The notes: generated by a model not told the origin, from the sequence alone. DNA of 64,000 bases from Rhodocyclaceae bacterium (GCA_023383815.1 JAHDYG010000008.1:35474-99473); one strand, 5' to 3'; shown: positions 12,358 to 22,042, counted from the stretch's first letter. A program made the numbers and translations.

Positions 12358-12972
12358 ATGTCCGGAACCCTGCTGATCATCACCGCGCCGTCGGGTGCGG
12401 GCAAGACGACCCTGGTGCGGGCGCTGCTCGAACGCGATCCGGGGCTGCAGCTGTCGATTTCCTACACCACGCGCGAGCCGCGCCCCGGCGAGCAGGACGG
12501 GCGCGAGTACCACTTCGTCGACGTGCCGACCTTCCAGCGCCTGCGCGACGCGGGCGAGTTCCTGGAGTGGGCCGAGGTGCACGGCAACTACTATGCGACC
12601 TCGCGGGTGTGGCTGAAGGAGAAGATGGCCTCCGGCTGCGACATGCTGCTCGAGATCGACTGGCAGGGCGCACAGCAGGTGCGGCGCATCTTTCACGAAG
12701 CGGTCGGCGTGTTCGTGCTGCCGCCCTCGCTCGAGGTGCTGGAGGCCCGGCTGCGCGGACGCGGGACCGACAGCGACGACGTGATCCAGCGCCGCCTGCT
12801 CGGCGCACGCGGGGAGATGCGCCATGTCGGGGAGTTCGACTACGCTATACTGAACGACGATCTGCAGGTCGCTGTCGACGATCTGCTGGCCCTGTTGCGC
12901 GCCGCGAGGCTGCGCTACGGCAACCAGCGAGCACGCTACCCGCAGTATTTCGAGTTCATTGAACAGGATTGA
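12358..12972 (+). CDS. gmk: Guanylate kinase
   Basis: ATG 12358 inside ORF 12034..12972. P-loop APSGAGKTTL and SYTTREPRPGE. Confidence 0.95.
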   Translation: MSGTLLIITAPSGAGKTTLVRALLERDPGLQLSISYTTREPRPGEQDGREYHFVDVPTFQRLRDAGEFLEWAEVHGNYYATSRVWLKEKMASGCDMLLEIDWQGAQQVRRIFHEAVGVFVLPPSLEVLEARLRGRGTDSDDVIQRRLLGARGEMRHVGEFDYAILNDDLQVAVDDLLALLRAARLRYGNQRARYPQYFEFIEQD

Positions 12973-12975
12973 ATC

Positions 12976-13191
12976 ATGGCCCGCATCACCGTAGAAGATT
13001 GTCTGAAAAGGATCCCGAACCGCTTCCAGCTCACGCTGGCCGCGACCTACCGCGCCCGCCAGATCACGATCGGTTCGGCGCCGCTGATCGATGCCGACAA
13101 GCACGGCAAGGAGAAGCCGACCGTGATCGCGCTGCGCGAGATCGCCGAGGGCAAGGTTGGCCTCGAAATGCTCAACCGGGGCCAGGCCTGA
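12976..13191 (+). CDS. rpoZ: RNA polymerase omega subunit
   Basis: 71 aa, [19 protein letters not shown]. Confidence 0.95.
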   Translation: MARITVEDCLKRIPNRFQLTLAATYRARQITIGSAPLIDADKHGKEKPTVIALREIAEGKVGLEMLNRGQA

Positions 13192-13227
13192 CCCGGCCAC
13201 CCAGTGCCAGGGGTGGAGGCATGAGCC

Positions 13228-15444
13228 ATGGATGCGACCAGCGCCGCCCCTGCAGCCCCCCGCCCTGAGACCTTCAGCCCGCCCGCGTCACCGGTCCTCG
13301 CGCTCGATTTCGGGCGCCTCAAGAACAAGCTCGAAGCCTATCTGCGCCCCGAGGACATCGGGCGCGTCGAGGCGGCCTATCACTTCTCGGCCCGCGCCCA
13401 CGAGGGGCAGTTCCGCCTCAGCGGCGAACCCTACATCTCGCATCCGGTTGCGGTCGCCGACATCATCGCTGACTGGCGGCTCGATTCGCAGGCGCTGATC
13501 GCCGCCCTCCTTCACGACGTGATGGAGGACACCCATATTTCGAAGAGCGAGATCGCCGAGCGCTTCGGCAAGGTCTCGGCCGAGCTCGTCGACGGCCTGT
13601 CCAAGCTCGACAAGATCGAGTTCCGCTCGCACGAGGAGGCGCAGGCCGAGAACTTCCGCAAGATGCTGCTCGCGATGGCGACCGATCTGCGGGTGATCCT
13701 GATCAAGCTCGCCGACCGCCTGCACAACATGCGCACCCTCGACAGCGTGCGTAGCGCAAAGCGGCGCCGCATCGCGACCGAGACGCTCGACATCTACGCC
13801 CCGATCGCGAACCGGCTCGGCCTCAACACCCTGTACCGGGAACTGCAGGAGCTTTCGTTCTCGCACAAGTACCCGATGCGCTACCGCGTGCTGTCGCGCG
13901 CGATCAAGGCCGCGCGCGGCAACCGCCGCGAGGTGGTCGGCAAGGTGCTCAAGGCGATCGAGGAGCGGCTGCCGCAGTGGGGGATCGCGGCCGAGGTGCA
14001 GGGGCGCGAGAAGCACCTGTACTCGATCTACCGCAAGATGCAGGAGAAGCACCTGTCCTTCTCGCAGGTGCTCGACATCTACGGCTTTCGAGTCATCGTG
14101 CACGATGTGCCCTCGTGCTACCTCGCGATCGGCGCGCTGCACTCGATGTACAAGCCGGTGCCCGGCAAGTTCAAGGACTACATCGCAATCCCGAAGGCGA
14201 ATGGCTACCAGTCGGTGCATACGACGCTGATCGGCCCCTTCGGCACCCCGGTCGAGGTCCAGGTGCGCACGGCACAGATGCACCACATCGCCGACAGCGG
14301 GGTCGCCTCGCACTGGCTCTACAAGGACGACGAGAAGACGCTCACAGAGCTGCAGCAGCGTACCCATTCGTGGCTGCAGTCGCTGCTCGAACTGCAATCC
14401 ACCTCGTCCGAGGCGACCGAGTTCCTGGAGCACGTCAAGATCGACCTCTTCCCCGGCGAGGTCTACGTGTTCACGCCGCACGGCAAGATCCTGTCGCTGC
14501 CGCGCGGCGCGACCGCAGTCGATTTCGCGTATGCCGTGCATACCGACATCGGCAACAGTTGCGTGGCCTGCCGCGTCAATGGCGATCTGGTGCCGCTGCG
14601 CACCGAGCTCGAGAACGGCGACCAGATCGAGATCATCAGCGCCGCGCACGCGAATCCGAACCCGGCCTGGCTCTCGTACGTGCGCACCGGCAAGGCGCGC
14701 GCGCAGATCCGCCACTTCCTCAAGAATGCCCAGCACGAGGAGTCGGTGACGCTTGGCGAACGCCTGCTCAACCAGGCCCTGCGACCGCATGGACTTGCCC
14801 TGGGCCAGATCAGCACCTTCGCGTGGGACCGCTTCCTGCGCGACCGCGGCGTGCGCAGCAAGAAGGAGGTGCTCGCCGACATCGGCCTGGGCAAGCGCCT
14901 GCCCGTCATCGTCGCGCGCCGTCTGTCGCAGGCACAGGACCTGGAATCGGGTCGCCCCGACGTGATCAAGCCCAAGCCTGCGGGCGCGATCCACATCAGC
15001 GGCAGCGAAGGCATTGCCGTGCAGCTCGGCCACTGCTGCCAGCCGATCCCCGGGGACCCGATCATCGGCGTGATCCGCAAGGGGCGTGGACTCGAAGTGC
15101 ACCGCCATGACTGCACTGCGGTTGCGAAGGTGCGCGGCGACCGCGGGCGCTGGGTCGACGTCGAGTGGGAGCCGGGCCAGGACCGCCTGTTCGACGTCAC
15201 GATCCGGGTGCTCACGCGCGAGGGGCGCGGCGTGCTCGCACGGGTCGCGAGCGCCGTCTCGGATGCCGACTGCAACATCCACAACGTCACGATGGACAAC
15301 GAGCAGGGCTTGTACACCGCGCTCAATCTGACGATCCAGGTGCGCGACCGCATGCATCTGGCGAACGTGATGCGTGCGGTGCGGCGTGTGCCCGATGTCG
15401 TGCGCATCAGCCGGCCGCGCAGCGACGGGCGCGGCAGCGACTGA
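13228..15444 (+). CDS. spoT: Bifunctional (p)ppGpp synthetase/hydrolase SpoT/RelA-family
   Basis: 738 aa with an HD domain (HPVAVADI...LLHDVMEDT), a synthetase domain, TGS and ACT. gmk-rpoZ-spoT synteny. Confidence 0.95.
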   Translation: MDATSAAPAAPRPETFSPPASPVLALDFGRLKNKLEAYLRPEDIGRVEAAYHFSARAHEGQFRLSGEPYISHPVAVADIIADWRLDSQALIAALLHDVMEDTHISKSEIAERFGKVSAELVDGLSKLDKIEFRSHEEAQAENFRKMLLAMATDLRVILIKLADRLHNMRTLDSVRSAKRRRIATETLDIYAPIANRLGLNTLYRELQELSFSHKYPMRYRVLSRAIKAARGNRREVVGKVLKAIEERLPQWGIAAEVQGREKHLYSIYRKMQEKHLSFSQVLDIYGFRVIVHDVPSCYLAIGALHSMYKPVPGKFKDYIAIPKANGYQSVHTTLIGPFGTPVEVQVRTAQMHHIADSGVASHWLYKDDEKTLTELQQRTHSWLQSLLELQSTSSEATEFLEHVKIDLFPGEVYVFTPHGKILSLPRGATAVDFAYAVHTDIGNSCVACRVNGDLVPLRTELENGDQIEIISAAHANPNPAWLSYVRTGKARAQIRHFLKNAQHEESVTLGERLLNQALRPHGLALGQISTFAWDRFLRDRGVRSKKEVLADIGLGKRLPVIVARRLSQAQDLESGRPDVIKPKPAGAIHISGSEGIAVQLGHCCQPIPGDPIIGVIRKGRGLEVHRHDCTAVAKVRGDRGRWVDVEWEPGQDRLFDVTIRVLTREGRGVLARVASAVSDADCNIHNVTMDNEQGLYTALNLTIQVRDRMHLANVMRAVRRVPDVVRISRPRSDGRGSD

Positions 15445-15445
15445 A

Positions 15446-15481
15446 GCGCAAGCCGCAGCGGCTGGTGCTGCCGCTTTGCGT
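15446..15481 (+). terminator. Imperfect GC hairpin just after the spoT stop
   Basis: GCGCAA/TTGCGT and AGCGGC/GCCGCT arms around a 7-nt loop, with a 5-nt bulge and no T-tract. Confidence 0.3.
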
Positions 15482-15569
15482 TCACACCGTGCGCCGGCAA
15501 CCTCCTTGCCGTTCGAGGCCGGATCCGCTCGCCCGATCGGACGATTGATGTGGAAGAATGAAAAGAACC

Positions 15570-15597
15570 TTTTCACAACCATCGACTTCAGTGAAAA
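15570..15597. promoter_or_regulatory. Inverted repeat TTTTCAC-N14-GTGAAAA in an AT-rich patch (candidate enhancer/UAS)
   Basis: Perfect 7-bp arms read directly from the sequence. It is centred about 125 bp upstream of the candidate sigma-54 -12 element. Confidence 0.3.
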
Positions 15598-15694
15598 CAT
15601 GATTTCCGTCCGGCGCCGTGCCTGCCTTTCTTCCGCCTGGTGGAGGGTCCCGAAACCGGTGGGGTTCAGGACGATCGCGCCTCCTTCCCCGAGC

Positions 15695-15710
15695 TGGCAC
15701 GGTATCTGCG
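15695..15710 (+). promoter_or_regulatory. Candidate sigma-54 (-24/-12) promoter
   Basis: cTGGCACGgtatCTGCg against the consensus YTGGCACGrNNNTTGCW, with correct GG-N10-GC spacing. It lies about 230 bp upstream of the hoxV-like start. A GAFTGA-containing activator (hoxA) is encoded in the same island. Confidence 0.45.
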
Positions 15711-15939
15711 TACTGCCCCCGGGTGCGCGTTACCCGTGTGTGCGTTCCGGACTGCGTGCCAGGACGGGCACTGCGGCTGCGGAACAGGGGCGGATATGGA
15801 GCGGAGGACGACTGCGGAGGTGCACGCACGGGTCATGCGGGCCCGGCCTGCACGGCTGGCCGGGCATGGCAGACCGCGCGTGGCGGTCCGCCCGCGGCGT
15901 GGTGCGCGGCGGCATGGCGCAGGCAGACGGGAGCAGATC

Positions 15940-17079
15940 ATGAGCGGTGCTGGCGGCTTGCGCCTCGAGGCCTCGATCGCGGGGGATCGCGTCACCCGCG
16001 TGACCGTCGCCAATGCCCGCCCGCTCGCGGCGCGGGTGCTGGTCGGGCGCCCCGTCGTCGAGGCCCTGCGCGCGGTTCCGGCGCTCTTCGCGGTGTGCGG
16101 CAGGGCGCAGGGGCTTGCTGCCGTTGCGGCCTGTGCTGCAGCCGGGGCGCAGGACGTCGAGCGCGTCGATGCACTGGCCGAAGAGCGGTCCGTCACCGCC
16201 GAGATGGCGCAGGAGCACCTGTGGCGCCTGATGCTCGACTGGCCGGCGCTGTTCGGCCATGGCTCGCGCCGCGAGCGCTTCGCCAACCTCTACCGGCGGC
16301 TCGACCAGATCGGCGGGCGCGACGCGCGTGCCGCGTTCGAACTTGGCGGCGATCTGCTCGATCTCGTCGCCGTCGAGATCCTTGCCGGATTTTTCCAGTC
16401 GATCCGCGAACCCCATGGCCTGGGCGAGTTCGTCGAGCGCGCCCGCAGCGGTGGTGACATTGGCGCGGCGCTCGCCGATCTGATCGAGATGGGGTCCTCG
16501 ACCGCGGAATCCGAATCGGTGCCGCTGTTGCCGCTGCGAAGCGCCAGCGAGTGGGCCGGGACCCTCGAACGGGTGCCGGAGCCCGCCTTCTGCGCGGCAC
16601 CGAGCTTCGAAGGCGTGGCGCACGAGACTGGCGCACTCGCACGTCACAAGGATTCGCTGCTGGTGCGCACGCTTCTGGCACGCGGCCACCGGGTCGCGGC
16701 ACGGCTCTTCGCGCGTGCGATCGACCTGGCCGACTGCGGCAGTCGTCTGCGCCACCCGCTTGCGGCCGATCTGCCGCGCCTCGTTGACGGCGCACCCCTC
16801 GGTGACGGGGTCGGGGCCGGGCTCGCCTGTGTCGAAACCGCGCGCGGGCTCCTGATGCATGCCGTGCGCATCGAGAAGGAGCGGATCGCCCAGTACGCGA
16901 TCGTTGCGCCGACCGAATGGAACTTCCACCCGGCCGGTGCCTTCGTGCGCGAGGGCGCCGGCTGGACCTTCCCGTCGCGCGAGGCTGCGCTCCAGCGCCT
17001 GAAGGCGCTCGCGCTCTCGCTCGACCCCTGCGTGCCCTACGAGATCGTGCTGCGGGAGGAGGGCGCGGGCGATGCATGA
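15940..17079 (+). CDS. hoxV: HupK/HoxV-like hydrogenase large-subunit paralogue (maturation scaffold family)
   Basis: ATG 15940 with GGGAG upstream, giving 379 aa. It aligns by eye with the in-window HoxC but has AVCGRAQG instead of RICGICS and DPCVPY instead of DPCMVCTVH. Sits immediately upstream of hypA. Confidence 0.75.
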   Translation: MSGAGGLRLEASIAGDRVTRVTVANARPLAARVLVGRPVVEALRAVPALFAVCGRAQGLAAVAACAAAGAQDVERVDALAEERSVTAEMAQEHLWRLMLDWPALFGHGSRRERFANLYRRLDQIGGRDARAAFELGGDLLDLVAVEILAGFFQSIREPHGLGEFVERARSGGDIGAALADLIEMGSSTAESESVPLLPLRSASEWAGTLERVPEPAFCAAPSFEGVAHETGALARHKDSLLVRTLLARGHRVAARLFARAIDLADCGSRLRHPLAADLPRLVDGAPLGDGVGAGLACVETARGLLMHAVRIEKERIAQYAIVAPTEWNFHPAGAFVREGAGWTFPSREAALQRLKALALSLDPCVPYEIVLREEGAGDA

Positions 17080-17413
17080 GATGTCGCTGGCCGAGGGCGT
17101 GCGCGGAATCGTCGAGGAGACCGTCGCGGCACAGGGTCTGCGCGCGGTGAAGGCGATCGTCCTGGAGATCGGCGAGTTGTCGTCGGTCGAGCCCGATGCG
17201 CTGGCCTTCTGCCTGGAGGCGGTACTGCGCGACACGGTCGCCGAGGGCGCGCGCATCGAGATCGAGCGCATCGCCGGCGCCGGCTGGTGCCTGGAGTGCG
17301 ATCGGACGGTGCCACTGGCGCAACGCTACGATGCCTGCCCGAATTGCGGCGGGTATCGCGTGCAGCCGACAGCCGGGACCGAGATGCGGGTGCGGGAACT
17401 GGAAGCGGATTGA
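17072..17413 (+). CDS. hypA: Hydrogenase nickel-insertion protein HypA
   Basis: 113 aa with the MHEMSL N-terminus and zinc site CLEC...CPNCG. Confidence 0.9.
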   Translation: MHEMSLAEGVRGIVEETVAAQGLRAVKAIVLEIGELSSVEPDALAFCLEAVLRDTVAEGARIEIERIAGAGWCLECDRTVPLAQRYDACPNCGGYRVQPTAGTEMRVRELEAD

Positions 17414-17471
17414 ACCCGGGTGGGGGCAGGGCGCCTGTGCGTCCCGGCCTCGCCCGCAAAGGAGCAGGACG

Positions 17472-18425
17472 ATGTGCACGGTATGCGGATGCGGAAGCGG
17501 GGAAGTGAAGATCGGCGGGGCCGTGCGGCCACGGGGGGCGGCGCGCAAGCCGGCCGCGACGCGGGCCTGGAAGGCGCTCGGCGAGCACCAGCACGAGCAC
17601 GTGCATCCGGATGGCACCCGCCACAGTCATCCGCACGAGCATCCTCACGACCACGACCACATGCATGACGCGGAACCCACGGCTGCGATGGCGCATGTCG
17701 AGGATGGAGAGGGGCATCTGCACTTCGGTGCCGGTCCCGCCCACGCGCACGTGCCTGGCCTGAGCCAGGCGCAGATGGTGAAGATCGAGCGCGACATCCT
17801 GGGCAAGAACGACCTCCAGGCCGAGGCGAACCGCCGCTGGCTCGCCGAACGCGGCATCTTCGCCCTCAACCTGGTGTCGAGTCCGGGCTCTGGCAAGACC
17901 ACGCTGCTGGTGCGAACGATCAACGAGCTGGCCGGCCGGGTCCCGGTCGCGGTCATCGAGGGCGACCAGCAGACCGAGTTCGACGCCGAGCGCATCCGTG
18001 CGACGGGGGCGCCGGCCTTGCAGATCAATACCGGCAAGGGCTGTCATCTCGACGCCGACATGGTCGGGCGCGCGTTCGAGCGCATGGATCTGGCCGAGCG
18101 CAGCCTGCTGCTGATCGAGAACGTCGGCAACCTCGTGTGCCCGGCTGCATTCGATCTGGGCGAGGCGCACAAGGTCGCGATCCTGTCGGTCACCGAGGGC
18201 GAGGACAAGCCGCTCAAGTATCCCGACCTGTTCGCGGCCGCCGATCTCCTGCTTCTCAACAAGGTCGACCTGCTGCCCCATCTGGCATTCGACGTCGAGC
18301 GCGCGATCGGCTACGCGCGGCGCGTGAATCCGGACGTCCAGGTGATCCGGACCTCGGCGGTCAGCGGTGAGGGCATCGCCGAGTGGCTGGCGTGGATCGA
18401 GCGTGGTCTTGCGGGGCGCGCCTGA
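17472..18425 (+). CDS. hypB: Hydrogenase nickel-incorporation GTPase HypB with His-rich region
   Basis: ATG 17472 with GGAGCAGG upstream. N-terminal MCTVCGCG, His-rich [29 protein letters not shown], and P-loop [11 protein letters not shown]. Confidence 0.9.
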   Translation: MCTVCGCGSGEVKIGGAVRPRGAARKPAATRAWKALGEHQHEHVHPDGTRHSHPHEHPHDHDHMHDAEPTAAMAHVEDGEGHLHFGAGPAHAHVPGLSQAQMVKIERDILGKNDLQAEANRRWLAERGIFALNLVSSPGSGKTTLLVRTINELAGRVPVAVIEGDQQTEFDAERIRATGAPALQINTGKGCHLDADMVGRAFERMDLAERSLLLIENVGNLVCPAAFDLGEAHKVAILSVTEGEDKPLKYPDLFAAADLLLLNKVDLLPHLAFDVERAIGYARRVNPDVQVIRTSAVSGEGIAEWLAWIERGLAGRA

Positions 18426-18427
18426 GC

Positions 18428-19582
18428 GTGGGCACCTGCGCCGAATCCGCCGCGCAAGCCCTGGCCCTGCAGCCGCTGGGCGAGGCGCTGGCGCTCGCGG
18501 CGGACGGGCCACCGGTGCTGGCCTTCGGGGCCTGGTTCAAGAACGCGCCCTGTCTCGTGCACGGCCGTACGGCGCAGTTCGCGCACACGGTCGGTGACCT
18601 CGACCGTGCCGGGGCCTGCCGGGACCATGATGCCGCGATCGAGCGCCTGTGCGGCCTCTTCGTGGGTGAACCGGCCGCGGTGGCGCACGACCTGCATCCG
18701 GATTTCCACTCCAGTCGTGCTGCCTGCGCGTTTGCTGCGCGCCGCGGGCTGCCCGCGATCGCGGTTCAGCACCACCATGCCCACGTGGCAGCGGTGCTCG
18801 CCGAATGCGGCCATGGTGGTCCGGCGCTCGGGCTCGCACTCGATGGCGTCGGCCTGGGAACGGACGGGCAGGCGTGGGGCGGTGAGCTGCTGCGCGTCGA
18901 GGGGGCGGAGTTCGCGCGGCTGGGCCATCTGCGTGCCCTGCCGCTGGCCGGTGGCGATCGTGCCGCACGCGAGCCGTGGCGCATGGCCGCCGCAGTGTTG
19001 CACGCGCTCGGGCGGGCCGACGAGATCGGCGCCCGGTTCGCGGGCCAGCCCGCGGCGGCGAGGCTCGGGCAGGTACTGGAGCGTCCGCACCTGTGTGCGC
19101 CAACCACCAGCATGGGGCGCGTGTTCGATGCGGCGGCGGGGCTGCTCGGGGTGTGCGAAGTCATGAAGTTCGAGGCCGAGGCGGCGATTGCGCTCGAAGC
19201 GGCGGCGGCCGGCTGGCCCGATGCCGCGCCGCTCGATCGCAGCCACTGGGCGCTTGGTGCCGACGGTGGGCTCGATCTGCTGCCGCTCCTGGCGGTGCTG
19301 GCCGATGAGCGCGACGTTCCGCGCGGTGCCGCCCGCTTTCATGCGACGCTGATCGCGGCGCTGGCGCAGTGGATCGAGCGGGCGGCACAGGCGCAGGCGC
19401 TCGCGACGGTGGTCCTGTCGGGCGGCTGCTTTCACAACCGCATTCTCTCGGCCGGGCTGGCGGCACGCCTGCGCGGGCAGGGGCTGGAGGTGCTCGAAGC
19501 GCGACGCCTGTCGCCCGGCGATGCGGGCCTCGCGCTGGGCCAGGCCTGGGTCGCCCGGCGGATTCTGGAAAAGGGGAACTGA
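18428..19582 (+). CDS. hypF: Truncated HypF-type carbamoyltransferase (Kae1/YrdC-like C-terminal part only)
   Basis: GTG 18428 lies 2 nt after the hypB stop. An alternative start at 18383 would overlap hypB. Only about 384-399 aa are possible between hypB and hypC. Motifs HHHAHVAAV, GLALDGVGLG and VVLSGGCFHN are present. No acylphosphatase or CxxC zinc-finger region is present. Confidence 0.8.
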   Translation: MGTCAESAAQALALQPLGEALALAADGPPVLAFGAWFKNAPCLVHGRTAQFAHTVGDLDRAGACRDHDAAIERLCGLFVGEPAAVAHDLHPDFHSSRAACAFAARRGLPAIAVQHHHAHVAAVLAECGHGGPALGLALDGVGLGTDGQAWGGELLRVEGAEFARLGHLRALPLAGGDRAAREPWRMAAAVLHALGRADEIGARFAGQPAAARLGQVLERPHLCAPTTSMGRVFDAAAGLLGVCEVMKFEAEAAIALEAAAAGWPDAAPLDRSHWALGADGGLDLLPLLAVLADERDVPRGAARFHATLIAALAQWIERAAQAQALATVVLSGGCFHNRILSAGLAARLRGQGLEVLEARRLSPGDAGLALGQAWVARRILEKGN

Positions 19583-19585
19583 AGC

Positions 19586-19831
19586 ATGTGTCTGGCCATT
19601 CCCGCGCGCATCGTCGAACTGCTCGACGGTGAGCGCTGCCGCGTCGATCTGGGCGGGGTGCGCAAGGAAATCTCGCTCGCCCTCGTCGACGGTGCCGCGC
19701 CCGGCGATTACGTGATCGTGCATGTGGGCTACGCGCTGACGCGGCTCGACCCGGAGGAGGCCGAGCGCACGCTCGCGCTCTTTGCCGAGGCCGGCATCGA
19801 TCTCGTCGCCGCCGCCGAGGGCGCTGCATGA
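19586..19831 (+). CDS. hypC: Hydrogenase assembly chaperone HypC
   Basis: 81 aa with the [11 protein letters not shown]-terminus (essential Cys2). Confidence 0.9.
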   Translation: MCLAIPARIVELLDGERCRVDLGGVRKEISLALVDGAAPGDYVIVHVGYALTRLDPEEAERTLALFAEAGIDLVAAAEGAA

Positions 19832-20985
19832 AGTACGTCGACGAGTTCCGCGACGGCCGCCTGGCGCGCACGCTGGCCGGGGCGATCGCGCGCGAGGCCA
19901 GCGCCGGCCGCGAGTACGCGTTCATGGAGTTCTGCGGCGGCCACACGCACGCGATTTCGCGTTACGGCGTCGCCGATCTGCTGCCGGACAACGTGCGCAT
20001 GATCCACGGGCCCGGCTGCCCGGTCTGCGTGCTCCCGATCGGGCGCATCGACATGGCGATCCGGCTTGCGCTCGAACATCCCGAAGTCACGCTGTGCACC
20101 TACGGCGACTGCCTGCGCGTGCCGGCCTCCGAGGGGCTTTCGCTGATGAAGGCGAAGGCGCGCGGCGCCGACATCCGCATGGTGTATTCGGCGGCCGACG
20201 CCTACGCGCTCGCCCTCGCCCACCCCGAGCGCGAGGTGGTGTTCTTCGCGATCGGCTTCGAAACCACGACCCCGCCGACCGCCTTGCTGATCCGCCAGGC
20301 CCGTGCGGCGCGGCTCGCGAACTTCAGCGTGCTGTGCAATCACGTGCTGACCCCGTCGGCGATCTCGACCATCCTCGAATCGCCCGAGGTGCGCCAGTAC
20401 GGCACCGTGCCGCTTGACGGATTCATCGGCCCGGCCCACGTGTCGACCGTGATCGGCAGCCGCCCCTATGAGTTTTTCGCCGAGGAATACCGCAAGCCGG
20501 TGGTGATCGCCGGCTTCGAGCCGCTCGACGTGATGCAGGCGATCCGCATGCTGATCCGCCAGGTCAACGAGCGCCGCGCCGAGGTCGAGAACGAGTTCAC
20601 GCGTGCGGTGACCCCCGAGGGCAACCTCAAGGCCCAGGCGCTTGTGAGCGAGGTCTTCGAGCTGCGCCGCAGCTTCGAGTGGCGCGGCCTGGGCGAGGTG
20701 CCGTACTCGGCGCTGCGCATCCGCAGCGCCTTCCGGGACTGGGACGGGGAAGCGAAGTTCGGCCTTGAATTCCGATCGGTGCCCGACAACCGCGCCTGCG
20801 AGTGCGGCGCGATCCTGCGCGGCGTGAAGACGCCCACCGACTGCAAGCTGTTCGGTACCGTGTGCACACCCGAGAACCCGATGGGTTCGTGCATGGTGTC
20901 GTCCGAAGGCGCCTGTGCGGCGCACTACAACTACGGGCGTTTCCGCGACGTCGCGGTGCGCGTCGAAACGCGAGAGGCGGTGTGA
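19828..20985 (+). CDS. hypD: Hydrogenase maturation protein HypD
   Basis: 385 aa, MKYVDEFRD with [12 protein letters not shown] overlap with hypC. Confidence 0.95.
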   Translation: MKYVDEFRDGRLARTLAGAIAREASAGREYAFMEFCGGHTHAISRYGVADLLPDNVRMIHGPGCPVCVLPIGRIDMAIRLALEHPEVTLCTYGDCLRVPASEGLSLMKAKARGADIRMVYSAADAYALALAHPEREVVFFAIGFETTTPPTALLIRQARAARLANFSVLCNHVLTPSAISTILESPEVRQYGTVPLDGFIGPAHVSTVIGSRPYEFFAEEYRKPVVIAGFEPLDVMQAIRMLIRQVNERRAEVENEFTRAVTPEGNLKAQALVSEVFELRRSFEWRGLGEVPYSALRIRSAFRDWDGEAKFGLEFRSVPDNRACECGAILRGVKTPTDCKLFGTVCTPENPMGSCMVSSEGACAAHYNYGRFRDVAVRVETREAV

Positions 20986-22040
20986 TGGGGGACGTCAAGA
21001 AAGGCTACGTGCGGGCGCTCGATCTGCGCAACGGGCGCGTCGACATGGGCCACGGGGCCGGCGGCAAGGCGATGGCGCAACTGATCTCGGAGCTCTTCGC
21101 GAACGCGTTCTCGAACCATTATCTGGCTCGCGGCGACGACGGCGCGGTGCTGCCTGCACCGGCGCCGGGCGAGCGCCTGGTGATGGCCACCGATGCCCAC
21201 GTCGTCAGCCCGCTGTTCTTTCCAGGGGGTGATATCGGCTGCCTGTCGGTGCACGGCACGATCAACGATCTGGCGGTGATGGGTGCGCGCCCGCTCTACC
21301 TCGCGGCGAGCTTCATCCTCGAAGAGGGCTTTCCGCTCGCCGATCTCGCGCGCATCGTCGCCTCGATGGCGGTGGCGGCGCGCGAAGCCGGCGTGCCGGT
21401 GGTGACCGGGGATACCAAGGTCGTCGAGCAGGGCAAGGGCGACGGCGTGTTCATCACCACGACCGGCCTCGGGGCGCTTCCGGCCCACTGCGAGCTGGGG
21501 GGCGCGAACGCACGTCCCGGCGATGCGATCCTCGTCTCGGGCACGATCGGCGACCATGGCATGGCGATCATGGCGCAGCGTGAATCGCTCGCGTTCGAGT
21601 CCGAGATCGTCTCCGACACCACGGCCCTGCACGGGCTGGTCGCGACGCTGCTCGATGCGGTGTTCGACGTGCACGTGCTGCGTGACCCGACCCGCGGCGG
21701 CCTGGCGACGACGCTCAACGAGATCGCCGCCCAGTCCGGCGTCGGCATGGAACTCGAAGAACCGGCGATTCCGGTGCGCCAGCAGGTCGATGCCGCATGC
21801 GAGCTGCTCGGGCTCGATCCGCTGTATGTGGCGAACGAGGGCAAGCTGGTCGTGATCTGCAAGGGCGAGGACGCCGATCGCGCGCTCGCCGCGCTGCGTG
21901 CGCATCCGCTCGGGCGCGACGCGGCGCGCATCGGCACGGTGACCTCGGATCCGAACCATTTCGTGCAGATCCGCACCGGTTTCGGCGGCCGGCGCATGGT
22001 CGACTGGCTGTCCGGCGAGCAACTGCCGAGGATCTGCTGA
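20985..22040 (+). CDS. hypE: Hydrogenase maturation protein HypE
   Basis: ATG 20985 (1-nt overlap with the hypD stop), 351 aa. AIR-synthase-like fold motifs and the C-terminal ...LPRIC. Confidence 0.95.
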   Translation: MGDVKKGYVRALDLRNGRVDMGHGAGGKAMAQLISELFANAFSNHYLARGDDGAVLPAPAPGERLVMATDAHVVSPLFFPGGDIGCLSVHGTINDLAVMGARPLYLAASFILEEGFPLADLARIVASMAVAAREAGVPVVTGDTKVVEQGKGDGVFITTTGLGALPAHCELGGANARPGDAILVSGTIGDHGMAIMAQRESLAFESEIVSDTTALHGLVATLLDAVFDVHVLRDPTRGGLATTLNEIAAQSGVGMELEEPAIPVRQQVDAACELLGLDPLYVANEGKLVVICKGEDADRALAALRAHPLGRDAARIGTVTSDPNHFVQIRTGFGGRRMVDWLSGEQLPRIC

Positions 22041-22042
22041 CC

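Noticed and set aside
10089-12404. A 771-aa minus-strand ORF.
   Set aside because: It is antisense to yicC, the SAM methyltransferase and the gmk start. Its composition is typical of GC-rich non-coding frames.
13288-15600. A 770-aa minus-strand ORF.
   Set aside because: It is antisense to spoT, whose own frame carries unambiguous HD, RelA, TGS and ACT motifs.
15640-15939. A 100-codon N-terminal extension of the hoxV-like ORF, and an in-frame ATG at 15796.
   Set aside because: The extension is Arg-rich with no similarity to large-subunit N-termini. The alignment with HoxC begins only a few residues after ATG 15940, which has a GGGAG RBS. The candidate sigma-54 promoter also lies inside the extension.
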